Assembly (NCBI GenBank): GCA_050613775.1
Contig: JBODTK010000102.1
Location: 496,001-560,000 of the forward strand
Length of the DNA stretch: 64,000 bases
Direction of reading: 5' to 3'
From: Neocallimastix sp. 'constans'
Taxonomy: Eukaryota
Of the stretch, positions 48,450 through 62,459 are shown piece after piece (the first letter of the stretch is position 1; each line of letters begins with the position of its first letter). The notes under the pieces are model-generated. The model saw nothing but the letters and a program-made list of their open reading frames with translations, was not told the DNA's origin and searched no databases. Both the position numbers and the translations under genes were made by a program.

Positions 48450-51400
48450 TACTGTGAGTCAAACCCATGAAGCATTAGTCATGACCAAGGTAGCTAACCC
48501 TAACCCTAATATTCTAACTTTACTAACTGAAGACTTAGTTAAATGGTTTTTGGAGAATTGCTGATTTGGTAGTTATTCAAAGTAAGAAATGAGGACTATT
48601 GGGTGTATCCGTGAATTGAATTGTTAAAGAAAAACTCTGCTAGAAATAGAAAATCCATCCAGATTTCATTATCGTAAGTATCTGTAAAGCACCGTAAACA
48701 GGTTTCTACGTAGGCATTATTCCTTTCAACTTGGCCTACAGTCTCGCGGTGACTCGTGGTAGCATAATTTATCTCTGTACCGAAGAACTCTAGTAGTTAT
48801 TTCCATACTTGATTTGTAAATTGGGTTCCTCGATCTAAGATTTTATCTATACTTAAGTGATCTACATACTCCGAGTCATGGTTTAGTTGTATAATGGTTT
48901 TCCTAAACAATATGGATAGGAAAACATGCTCCAGATATTCCTTTCTTACTAGAAGACAGTCTATTTTTAATCAATGTTCCTTGTTGTAGTTATTTCTCAA
49001 GTCATCTTGTCCTGTCGGTAGGCCTGCTTAATGTCTTTTACGAAATTCGTAGCTAAAGCCAAGTAGCTCACTTCACCATCTTCATTATCGAATCCTACCA
49101 TCTATTCTGGTTTCAAATGGCTATATTATCAAAGTCCTTAACCTCTGTCTTCTCAGTTTCTACTCTTGAGAGGGCATCGTCTTTGACATTATTTTTCCAA
49201 GGCCCATAAACTATTTCAAACCAATACGTGAGGAATAATTCTTGCCTCCTAATCTGCGAAGGAGTTAATAACTGGGATTTTGTAGCCAACAATAAGTTCT
49301 TGTGATCGCTGTAAGCAATATCCCTGTGTTTCGCGCCTTAAAGTAAGTGTATCCATTGGGTAAAAGCAGTTTTCATCGCCAATAGTTCTTTTTCAGTTAT
49401 TAAGTAATTTACTTCTGATTTACTGAGGGTTTTAGAATAATAATATATTGGGTGAAGGGTACCATCGTCACTTTTCTAGGATAACACCCCTCCGATGGCG
49501 TAATTACTAGCATCACATTCGACAAAGAACTGTTTATGGTGGTCAGGTTGAGCTAGTACTGACAGAGAGTTGAGTATTTCATTTAACTTGTAAAAAGCGA
49601 CTAGTCTTTCCTCCGTCCCCATGAATTTTTCTTTCTTTGAGGTCATATTGAAAAACGGTTTTACAATTTCGGAAAAATTCTTAATACAATTTATATAGTA
49701 GTTGCAAAAGACTAAGAAGATTTGGATTGCTTGATATTCTCTGATTGTGGCCATTCCGTCATAACTTTTATTTATTATGATTCAATATCAACACCTTCTT
49801 TGCTGACCATCTGTCCCAAAAAGGATATTTTTAATTTGTGTAGCGCACACTTTGATTGTTTATCTACAATTTTATTTTTTATTAGCTTCTTTAATATAGT
49901 ACGAAAATGCTGTACATATGTACATGGTCCTCCAATCTTTTTGAGTATACTACTATATCATCTAGGTAAATTTGGCAGAACTTCTCGATATCCTCGCTGA
50001 AGATATCATTCACGAAGCTTTGGAACATTGCAGGTGTATTAGTCAACCCATAGGGTATAACTAAATCCTCGAAGTGTCCAAACTTGGTATTGAAGACTGT
50101 CTTTTATTCTTACCATGTTTTAAGCGGATTTTAGATTGAAATTAGAGAACACCACAACATATCTTAGGAATAGAATAAGTATTTCTTTTGGTCATTCGTT
50201 AAGCTTTCTATAATTCATGCACAGCCATTACTCTCCTGATTTCTTGGGTATGAACAGCACAGGATAAACTGCTAGAAATTCCGACATCTATTTTCTTGAA
50301 TATAAGGTGCCTATCCATTAATTTTGAACCTAATTTTATAGTTTTTGAGGTAATCTCACCTAGCCTTCCTCTTATATTAAAGTTATATCATGTGACTTTA
50401 CCAGTACCCCCGTCGACCAGCTTCACTTTTATTCGGGAACTCCTCGATTACCTTAAATAATAGCATTTATACCAGCGACGGTAGTAAATGTCAAGGATCG
50501 ATCCTCAATTTGGAACCCCATTTCTTTGGCTAATTACGGATGGATCATGTTAATCTGAAGCCCGTATCATATAGCACTTTTAGGTTTTGAAGCTCCTCTC
50601 AAGTATGTAAGTTACTTATTCTAGCCGTCTGAATCATATTTTTTATAGTTAGGCTTATCTTGAGTTAATAAGGCAATTTTAGGAATAGGGTTGTTACTGC
50701 TCGTGCTGGAGTCTTTTTTAAAAATAATTTTACTTGTTGTTTGGTCTTGTACCACCATCTTTCCCACTATTGTGGTTATTATCTCATTTGTTTTTATAGT
50801 TATTTGCTTGCCTAGAAGACACTCTTTTAATAAAAATCCTTTCTATCGCCTCAGCGATTATCGCTGTTTCTCCTTCTCTTGGCCTCAAAGTCCTTGGAGG
50901 GTTCATCATTTCTAATGTGGCCATGATGGCAATCTTTCTTTCGAGGTTATATTCATATCATTCAAAGTATTCGTCCTTATAATCCATATAGTCGGTAGGT
51001 AAGGTATCACATCTTCTTAAGTATGTTATGTAGCCTTCTAACGTTTATTTTTCGGCAGCTAAGTCTTAGAAAAGCTTCCTGAACCGAAGGTCTTACTTGA
51101 TGTATCAATATTAATCTTTTAGTATCATTTGAGGTATTCTACTTAATTGATTGAACTCGGAGAGGTATTCATAGGCTTTTCCGCATTTGTGTCACGATTT
51201 GAGCATAGTGGTTTTTAACCTCCTTCAAAAGTTCATTCGCTTTTAAATTCTGGTAGCAACCTATCCATTAAATCTTTGTGGTTGCGGGGGCATCCCTTTG
51301 CTCGAACACTTAGTCCATCTGATACCACATTTTTTTTGCTGTTCCCAGGAAGTGATCCTCAATGAAATACAGCATCTCAGTAGGCTCACTCAGGTAGTAC

Positions 51401-53355
51401 TTTTGGTGCCTACCGAAGTACCCTTTCAACCTGTCTATAAATGATTCTATATCTCCCTGTTTCACTATTGAACATTAGAATGTCTCTTTCGGACTCCGCA
51501 GGGTACGGTTCGCATCCGTTATTAATACATCTTTTGTTGCACTCTTCTTAGGTATAGACAATGTGAATTGATAATACGTTTTTAAATCTAGTTTCTCCTG
51601 TATCTATATGTAATGGGAAGGGTTTACTTGCCGATGTTTGAGCATTTTTTTAAGTTTCCCTAGCTAACTTTCCTAAGCGCTCGATTTCTTGCTGTTGCCC
51701 ATGATTAACAGCCATTATCTTATCTATCTTCACTTCGAGCTCCTTATGATACACTCTTTTCCTGCACTTGGCTCTCATCCAAGAATTCTTCAATCGTATT
51801 AATCTTTTGACCTTTGTCTTCGAAGTCTTGTTGGAATTTCTTCCCTTTCATCTGGTCCTCATCTAGATAGGTTTCGATTTTTTTTAATTCGTTATCCAAC
51901 AGCGATTTCTTTCCCTTTTACTTTCAGCTATCCGCTGTTGTAGATATAGGTATTCTTTGAATTTTTTCGAAGCTCCGCTACATTTGCCTTGATGACGAGT
52001 CTCCTCCTCCTCAAACCGCCTTTTTTTTTCAACTTCACGGAATGGTTAGTCCACGGCTGGAAAGAAGCTACTAAGTTCGGCCTCAATTTTGGCAAACTTA
52101 TCCTCACTTTGAATTTGCATTTCTTCTAGCCATGATACTCTCTGTAGTTGACTACTAAGCAACATGTTCCTAAATTCTTCCATTTGTTTTTTTCTTAAAG
52201 GCAGAAAAGTCCATGGCCCCACCACTGTTATTCTTGCTCGAGCTCTCACCTTGGGTAATTTCGGGTTTAGTAGGGTTAGGTTTTGATGCTGCTGGCTTCT
52301 CAGGAGCACTAGTGGTTTTCTCCTGTGGTCTGGCATCGGGTTGTACTAGCTTCAACAGGAGTAGGAGTGTTTTCTGCAGCCACACTTCCTACCAAACTTT
52401 TCAGTGAACCACTTATGATAGTTTTTCTAGTGGTGTCTTGGATTTTCTTGTTTTTGCCTTTCTTATCTAATTACTTATCTTATGGATTTATCTATATTAT
52501 AATTTTTTTGTTCACTTATAAAAATTTTATCTAAATATTTATATATTCATTCACTTATTTAAATTTATTTAGCTGATAATTATATATTCACTTAATTTTT
52601 TTATTAATAATAAAAAGAATAATAAATTGTATATAAAATATTATTTACTTTTGTTTTTAAAAAATAAAAGTATAAACGATAAATAATTTAAATCATTTAT
52701 AATAAAAATTTTTCTTTCCCTCCCGAGTCTTGTATTTATAAATATATACAAGAAATGACTATCCGAAGAACAAAGCGAATTTTAATTGATAAGTATGAAA
52801 TTTTTATTAATTTAAAAATCGTTTTTACCAGAAATCTTAAAATTAAATTTTTAATTTAAATAATAAATTATAATTAAATTATTAATAAATAAAATTTCGA
52901 ATAAATTTTTGATTAGAATTTTGTTTTGAAGGCAAAAAAGTTTATTTTTTTTTAAAAATATATGTGGCTTGATTTTGCCAATTGTGGCGTAAATTTTTGA
53001 TCAAATATGCTCCAAGTAGAAATATAAATAAAAAAAAAGGCTAATCAACAATAACTTTTAATTTATTGCTAAAAGTTATAATAAATTCTATTACTATTAA
53101 TTAAATATATAATTACTGTTTATAAAGCTATTACTTAGCGTTTAATTTATTTTTATTTATTATCGGCTATTAAGTTATATACAGTTACTATTATAAAAGA
53201 TAAATTTTATATAAACTAATATAACAAATAATAAACTATTTAAAGGCTAAGATAATTCAGCATTTCTCTATTCGAGTTGTTGTAAGAAACACTAATAATT
53301 AATTTCAAATAACTTTTTTATCTCACTTAAAATATATAGCGTAGCACTATTTCAC
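48450..53355 (-). mobile_element. Degenerate gypsy family B element (partial 5' LTR 53193-53355, gag, PR, RT, RH, IN remnants)
   Basis: LTR remnant matches 14514-14670; VLYDTG near 50570, YLDD near 49960, ECDASNYAIGGVLS (49476-49754), integrase QFT..QVERN near 48730-48830. Confidence 0.85.
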
Positions 53356-53999
53356 TCTGTTCATAAATAGTTATTTAACTATTTTAAGATACATTACCTT
53401 ACCACCATGATATCAATGGATAGACAGTTTTAATTATAATTTTGCTTTATTATCATAACCAATATTAAGAAATGTCTTGATTTTTCTATTGAAATTAAGG
53501 CACCTTCGGAAGGTCGGATCAAAATCTATAACATATGTTAATTACAACTTAATTGAACCACTAGTTTTCAAGATATTGGATATTAAAGATTTTAAATATA
53601 TAAATTATAATTTAATAATTAAGAAGTGCCTCTAAAACCAAAAAAATGGTAATAGGGTGGGATTGAGTCAGGAGTCTTTTGTATGTTAGCCTATGGATTA
53701 ACAAACAGGATAGAATCTGGTTCGATTAATGAACTTTAAAAAATTTTATAAAATTAAAATAGAAATAAAGCATAATACAATAAAAATAACATTATTTTAA
53801 TTTTAAATTTCATAGTCAATTAATGATATTATTGTTATATAATAATTATAGCATTATTTAAATAAAAATTTATATAGTAAATTGTTATATAACTCTAGTT
53901 TAAGAAAGTATTGTTTAGAATTATTTATTAAAGTATTATTTATTTATTTATTTTCATTATAATGTTTAAATATATTTATTCAAATAAAAGTATTACTCT

Positions 54000-56900
54000 T
54001 GACTAAACATTTAAAACCTATCTAATAATTTTCTTATTTACTTCATTTAATTCAGAGAAACATTTTATTTTTATGTTATTTCTTTATAATTAGCTATTTA
54101 ATTAGTTGTTCCTCGGATTAAAAAAAGCTATATAAAAAATTTTTATGTTTAAGTATAATTAATATTAATAGTAATTATTATTATTTTATGAAATATTTAA
54201 TAACTTTATATATATAAATATAAAATAAAACCAATATAATTAAAACATTAATTTATGCTATAAAATTTATTATTTCTTATTTTATGAATTACAATTAATA
54301 TTTAGAATTCAAGCCACATTATAATTATATTATAAAGTCATTAGATTTAAATTTAAAACAGTAACTTATGTTTGAATAATAAAACTATTATATATTAATA
54401 TATTAATGAAGGTTTGAATATTTCATTTTATATCATTCGTTCCAATCATAAATTATAACTATACTATAGTTGTATTAAATTTGATAATACTTTTAAGGTG
54501 TAATGGTCGTTCTAAACATGTTTGTGTATTTGGATCAATTAATTGAACTGTATTGAATATCTTATTTAACTAACTGATAAATATCCAATTTATATCTTGA
54601 GAAATTCCTTACATAGACTAAATCATCTATTTTTATATCATTTTTTTATTAAAACTTTCTTCCCCTTCTTACTTAGTTTCTTAATATTTATTATTTTTAT
54701 TGATGCCATTACAATCTTCTATTTCCCATTTATAGTGGTCCATAAATTTTATATTTAGTGTTTTTTCTTAAGTTTCTTGTATATAGGAAGTAGGTAGAGT
54801 TGTGGATAGCTGGAAAAGGTTAAAGGTTTTTTCTACTAGTATATTTAATTCAAAACTGGAATATTCGGTTACCAGAATTTTTGGATGTTCTTAAAGCCCA
54901 TAAAGAAGATGTAAAAAGCTAATTCTATTTTCTTTCTTTAGTTCCTTAAAACCTTAGTAATTTTCGTTTTTCTCGATTTCTAATTTTTGGTTAAACTATT
55001 AGATTCTGGGTGATAAGTAACAGTAATTTTATATACATATATGTCTAATTAATCAAGGAATAATCTTATATAATCTAATTTAAATTATACTCCATTATCT
55101 TTATAACTTTGTAAGCACCATACATATTGAGAAATTTTTGGACAAAAATTTTACTACGTCTTTAGAAAGCAACTGAAGTTAGACGCTGTGCTTCTACCTA
55201 TTTAGTAAAATGATCTTCTAAAACAATGATATACTGATTTTCTTTGTTGAATTGTAAGTAACGGACCTATAATATCCAATTTTAAATGAATAAATGGGAC
55301 TTCTACTTCAATTGCATATTTTTCAGTAGGATATGGAATTTTGTTATTCTTGCTTAATTGACAAGTAGTACAATATTTAATATATCTTCTAATATCAATA
55401 GTCATATCTTTCTAATAGCAAGTTTTCTTTAATCTTTCTTAAGTACATCTGAATCGTTCATGTCCAATAATAATGTGCTTTATTTATTAGTTGAAATTTG
55501 TATTTCTTTTTCATTAATAATTTTTCCAAAGTGATCACTATCTTTAATAATATTCTTCTCCATTTAATTTTATAATGTAGTCCTCTAAAAAATTTTCTCT
55601 TTAATTCTCCAATTTCCTTTTTATCTTCAGTATTAATTTCTTTTTTTTCTTATTCTATTTCGTTGCACTTTCATTATTACTTGAATCTTTATGATTTATA
55701 GTATTAATTTGTTAATTACAATTGTTAATATAGGTATCTATTTTATTTTCTAATATTACATTAATATATAATATTACATTATTGAAAACTTGGAATTATT
55801 GACGTTATAATTGATGTAAATCATTATTTTAATGTTTTTCATCAATGAAATCTTCATTTTCATTACATTATAATATATAGGAATTTATAATGGTCAATAT
55901 GTTATTAACATACTCAATGATATAGGATTTTTAATTGAATAAATTGATTGATAAATTTTTTTTAATTTATTTTAATATATTTCTTCTAAATATCTATTAT
56001 AATTTATATTATTTGTCATATTATTATTATATTATAATATATTATCATTTGAATTAGTTGATTTATTCCTATATATATTTTGATTATAATAAATTTTATT
56101 ATATATTGATATAAAATGAAATATTCAAACCTTAATATAAAATAATTTTTATTATTCAAACATAAATTAATGTCATAAATCAAATTTAAATCTAATAATT
56201 TTATAATATTTCCAATACGTATTTATAATTAATAGTAAATTTTATAGCATAAATCAATGTTTTCATTATTTCTAATTATTTTATATTTATATTTATATAA
56301 TTATTAAATATTTCTTTAAATAATAATTATTAATATTTATATTCATTTAATAGTTTATTTTAATCACAAGAACAATTAAATAGTTAATTATAATAAAATA
56401 ATATAAAAATAAAGCATTTCTCAGAATGAAAAGTAAGTGATATAAAATGAAATATTCAAACTTTAGTTAATACAAAAATAATTTTTATTATTCAAAAATA
56501 AATTAATGTCATAAATCAAATTTAAATCTAATGATTTTATAACAATTTCAATATGTGGCTTGATTTCTATATTTTAATTATATTTATTATTAATAAATTT
56601 TATAGCATAAATCAATTATTTAATTATATTCTTATTATTTTATATTTATATTTATATAGTTATTAAATATTTCCTTAAATAATAATTATTAATAGTTTAT
56701 TTTAATCACAAGAACAATTAATTAAATAGTTAATTATAACTAAATAACATAAAATTAAAGCATTTCTCTGAATTAAGAGAAGAGTTAAGTTATGTTGTGT
56801 TGAGTGATGTTAAGTTAGTTTGTAATTAAAATTATAAGATAGTTGTTAAATAGTTTTTAAATATATATAGTTTTTAAATAAAATTAAATAAATAAATAAA

Positions 56901-59900
56901 TTATAAACTAATAAATTTAATAAATAAATCCCAACAAAAGTACATCGAACTTTTGAGTTGTGCATCATTTGTTAGTGTGTAATTTAAAATGTAAAAAAGT
57001 TGTTAGATAGTTTTAAAATGTGAAGTCAAGTATAATTATTTTTCTTGATTCAATATATGTAATCTTAATAATAAAATTAAATAAATAAATAATACTTTAA
57101 TAAATTTAATAAATAAATCCCAACAAAAGTACATTGAACTTTTGAGTTGTATATCATTATATTGTAGTCAGAATATATTAAATTTTTAAAATTTTATATG
57201 AATTTTGGATTATCTATCTACCTTGATTTTCTTTCAAAATTTTTATAATTGATATTATTTTTTGAATTTTCCAATTTTTTTTTTTGTTCTAAATTAATTA
57301 TTGATATTTTTTTTTTTTGAATTAGTAATTTTTTAAGTTTTTCCTTTTTATTAAATTTTTTCTAATTCCTTAATGTCCTTATTTTCAGAGATTCCTAGTC
57401 CTTCTTTCCTTCCTGAACTAAAATTCCTTATTTTTAGATATTTCAATATTACTCTTATTTTCAATATCATGTTGATTATTGGATTTAATTATTGAAAGAA
57501 TGTCTGAAAATTTTTTTTTTTTACTTTGATGATAAATAATCTTAATTTTTAGAATACTAATATTAATGCACCATCTAATATGCTTTATATTTTTTCAATT
57601 CTTTATTATTAAATAAACCAATTAAATGTTTATAATCTGTAAATAGTATTCAAATTTATTTCCAGAAATATAAGATTTAAATTTTTTTTTCATAGAAATA
57701 CACCGCAGTACTTTCTAAGTCTATGATATTATAATTTATTTTAGCTTCTTCAAAAATTCTACTAACAAAATGTACTGGATGTTCTTGTCCATCTTCTTCA
57801 TTTACTTGTAAATATAAGCTATCTTTTGAAGTATCGGTTCTAATTAGAAATTGTTTATTATAATCTGGAAAAACTAAAGTAGGAGTTTTAATAATAGAAG
57901 TTTTTTTAATTTACCAAAGCTAGTTTGTTGTTCTTCTGTTCATATAAATAAAACATTCTTTCTTTAATTTTTATTTAAAGGAACAGCTATCATAAGGAAA
58001 TTTTTTTATAAATTTCCTATAATATTCTTTAGTATCAAAAAAAGATAGTAATTCAGTGATATTGCAAGATCTAATCCAGTTTTTAAAGGTAATAACCTTG
58101 GAATCTATTGCTTTTAACACTTTATTTTATATGACCTAAAACTTCAATTTCTTGGAGAAAAGGAATCTTTTTTTAATATTGAATTTTATTTCATATTTTC
58201 TGTAAATTTCTAATCTCATGTTTAAATGTTTTAAATGATCTTCGTTTGATATAGAAAGTGTTAAAATATTCACTGATGAAAAAACAGATACACATTTACC
58301 CGATAAATCAAAGAGAATACGATTCATTTCTCTTTTTGGGAAAATAGTTGAGTCACCAGTAAAGCCAAAGGACTGTACTTTGTAAACTAAATTAAAAAGT
58401 TTAGTTACATTAATGCAAACTTAATACTATCTTCATTCATTCTAATTTAATGATAATCTGAAAAGAGATCCAGAGTAAAAAAAATTTTCGTACCTCCTTG
58501 ACTATTAAAAATTTCATAAATATTAAGAAGAGAATAAGAATCAGGCACTGTCATAGCACTTAACTTACGGTAGTCGGAATACAAATGCCATTTTCCATTT
58601 TTCTTAAGTACCAACACAATAGGAGAAGACCAGGATGAATTTAGAATTTTCAATTAATCTTTGGGTATTAAATTTAATTAATACTTCTTTAGGTCTATTT
58701 GTTTTATATTTATTTAATTTACAAAATTTGTTTTTTTAAATGATTTTTGAGTTTTTAATAAGCTCAATATAATGAGGATTCAATATGGAAGTTGTGTAAG
58801 TTCATCAGTTAAGGTAGCAATAACTTCTATATATACTACTAACATTTCTATTATTTCATGCTTAATTTTTGGATCTAATTTAGAAATAAAAATTTAGTAG
58901 AATGAATGTACTCTAAAAGAGATAATATTTTTTTTTTATATGGAAGATTTCTCATTACTTTTATTTTTAATATTAATAATTTTATAAGGTTCCATATTAA
59001 TTTAGTTTTGATATATTTGTATGATGTTTTTTTTTTGCGCTACTTCTATTCATTAATTTTTTTTTATTTTGTTTATTTTAAAGTCCATTTTCTTATAAAT
59101 TACAATTTCTTGTAAAATTATTAATAATTACATCTTTAAAATTAGCACCTTTTTTGTAATTTATCTGGATTTCACGTCTTAATTGGTCAACCTAATTATT
59201 ACATTCATTTATCGATTCATTAAAACATTTACAATAATTGTCTTTATTCTTACTAATACTTCCTTTAGATTTAAACGAAAAATTATTTTCTTTACTTAAT
59301 TTAATACTTTTGTAATCTTTAACATTACTATCAATGGGTTTTTTATTATCTTCATTGATATTTTTATCATCACTCATATCACCTACTTTATTAGTGATAT
59401 ACTTATTTTTTATTAATATAATTTTTAATTTCATATTTTTAATTAATATATTATCATTAATTGCATTAATATTATTTTTATTTTAATCTAGAGAAGATTC
59501 ATCAATTATAATACATTCCTTTGAGGTGGTTTTCCCCTAAATTCTTTCTAACTTTAGGTTTTGATATTTTCTTTATTGAAAATTAACTTCTTCCACTTTT
59601 TCATCTTTCTCATCTTCATCTTCTTGGGAAATATCCTTTTTACTAGTCGTACTAGCTTTAGCTTTCCTAATTTCCATTCCATTATCTAAAGAAAAATACC
59701 TTTCTTTTGACAGTATCTACAATACATTTCTTCTTCTCTGGAACGTTATTGGAATTTAAGGGAGAACGTTCACTCCTTTTTTATAGTTTAAATGTTCATT
59801 ATAGGCATTAATTGGACTACCTGCTTCTTCATTAAGCATTCTTTGGTATTTCAAGCATTCAAAATGATTAAATTTTAGACAACTATTAAAGTACTCATTA

Positions 59901-60350
59901 ATTAATTTTATTACAATGATTACATATATTTATTCAAGTAAAATAATTTTAGTTGACAACATATTTAAAAACTATCTAACGACTTTTCTCACACACTTCT
60001 CTTACTTCAGAAATATGCTATGTTTTTATATTATTCCGTTATAAATTAACTATTTAATTAGTTGTTCTAACGATTAAAATATTTTATTTAATGAAATTTT
60101 ATGTTTAAATATTATAAATATTAATAATTATTATTTTTAAGAAAAATTTAATAAGTATATATTAATATAAATATAAAATAAAACGGATATAATTAAATTA
60201 TTGTCTTATGCTTTAAAACTTACTATTAATTATAAGTAAATTTAATAGATAAAAGGCCACATTTTACGAATTTTATAAAATTATAAATTTTAATATTTAA
60301 AAATAATAAATTTAAATTATAAACAAATTAATAAATTAAATTATATTTTA
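54000..60350 (-). mobile_element. Old degenerate gypsy element of a different lineage, with LTR-like repeats at ~54000-54440 and ~59950-60350; boundaries approximate
   Basis: RT SSWSSPIVLVLKKNGKW (58447-58653), RNase H remnants ~57600-57900, integrase CTTCQ..LDIIGPL (55202-55405); CTATTTAATTAGTTGTTC repeat at both ends. Confidence 0.7.
56100..57170 (+). repeat. Inverted, internally duplicated copy of the 54000/59950 LTR-like repeat nested in pol
   Basis: ~330-bp tandem duplication (56100-56770) that is the reverse complement of 54060-54430, plus duplicated AAATCCCAACAAAAGTACAT..GAACTTTTGAGTTG. Confidence 0.65.
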
Positions 60351-61249
60351 ATAAATAACATTAATTAAAAACTAAATGAGATTAACTGAATTGAGTCATG
60401 CCAATTGATGGAGATATCCTTTCTCCTGATTGGAGAAGATGTCATAATTATTTTGCAATAATAATTGAATAAAAAAATTATTATTTTTATCATTATATAA
60501 AAGACTTTTTTTTAACACCTAATTTTATAAAAAATATATATATAATTTACATATATATATTAAAAATACAATAATTAAAAATATAAATAATTAAAAATTT
60601 TAAAAAATAAAAAAATTTATAATATAAAAAAAATATTTTATTATATATCTATATTTAATAAAATTTTAAGAATAATTTAATGTGATGTTTCTAATAGAAA
60701 TATATTTTTCTAATTGGTATCTAATTAACAGAATATCTCGACATAAGAAAGACCTGTTGATTTTCAACAGGGGGCATAGTAATAGTAATAGCGCGATCCT
60801 GAAACAGATGACGGAAAATAGATAGTATGAATAAGGCGAAGTGAGGAAACAGTTATTATTGGATGAAAGTTCTTAATCTGTTTGTTTATTATTGATACTA
60901 ATAATAACAATATCACATTAATTATTAATAAAAATATTATAAAAGTGTTAAAATATAAAATTTAAAAATAAAAATTTATTCAAAATTAATATATAATAAA
61001 TATCCATAAAAGTATTATTCAAAATTATTTGATTATAAAAAAGTGGATACGATCGAAAGCATAATAAAAAAATTAATTTAAATACAAAGTAATCGAACTA
61101 TCCATGAGTTTAACGTAAATATGTTTAGGCGATATTGCTTGATGTCGTCACAAAATGTAATAACCATTAATGATAAAAATCATGACATCAAATTACGGTA
61201 GAAGGAATATGTAAGAATTTCGTCCAATGTTTTAAAATTGTATGTGATT

Positions 61250-61910
61250 ACAACAAATTGTCTAATGAAAACTCAAAGAGTAGGTGTCAAGAATATCACT
61301 GCATCTGTAAAAAAAATTTTATAGGTGATCAAGAATTTCCTTCGTTAGAGGATATGAAAGAAATATTGCTTAAGACCTATAAATTGAAAAAAAAAATTAG
61401 AAGATATCATCAATGAATTAAAATCAATGAAAATAAGTAAAAAATGATAATATCAAAGAATTCAATAGGAAAAATACTGAATTTTATAATAATATTGATG
61501 ACGAATTCAAATTAAGATTATTCATAAGTGACTATTTAGATACAATAATTAATAAAGTATTGGTGTGGCGCATTATACGTTCCGAAATTAAAGACAGAAA
61601 TATTACTATAGCTGAAGTTATAGATGCTGCCGAATTCTATGATAAATTAGAAATAAAGTTAAGAATTAAAACACAAAATAATACAAGTAGTATTTTGAAA
61701 AATAAAACTAATAAAATTTCTAATTTTTTTAAAAATCCTAAATTTAATAATAATAATAATGTAAACAATTCCATTAGTAATAATTATAATAATTATAATA
61801 ATTATAATAATTATAATTATAATAATAATTTAAGCAAGTCTAATTTTAACAATGAACATAAAGTTTCTTATTGTATTTTGTAATGAAAAAGGTCTTTCAA
61901 TTTCGGATTT
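61250..61910 (+). pseudogene. Gag-like remnant with Asn-rich tract and degenerate zinc knuckle
   Basis: ORF 61560-61883 (ITIAEVIDAAEFYDKLE), followed by TGT..TGTAATGAAAAAGG (C..CNEKG). Confidence 0.5.
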
Positions 61911-62459
61911 GAATAATTTAAATATTTTAAAAGTGTAAAATAGTGAGAGATGTTAAGACACAACAAAATGAGGAAATAAAATAGGTTTGGTTTACACTAT
62001 TTGTTTGTAAATAATTCGCTTTATTAGAAATAATTTTTATTAATTATAAAATTTAAAATGTTTATTAATATTAATTAACTAGTGTAATATTTCGAATTAC
62101 TCATATGCTAATTATATAGTTAATAAATACATGAATAAAAAATATTCTCATTCGTGAACTTGGCACAATTTATTTTTTTTATAGGAGAAACAGTTTTAAA
62201 ATGTAATAATAATTTTAAAGAAATATTTAGAAATATGTTAGTAATAATTTATGATGAAAAACTTGTAGAAAAATAGATTTTAATTGATGAAAATGAATCT
62301 AATAAAAAAAGAATAAAATAATTTTCAAAATAAGAGTATCGATATTCATTTCGGTTGAATTACAAAACCGAAAGAATCCTTAACTTCCTATAATTTATAT
62401 AGAAGAATATTTAATAAAGTTATCAAAAATTAATAAAATAATAAATTTTGTAAAATAGC

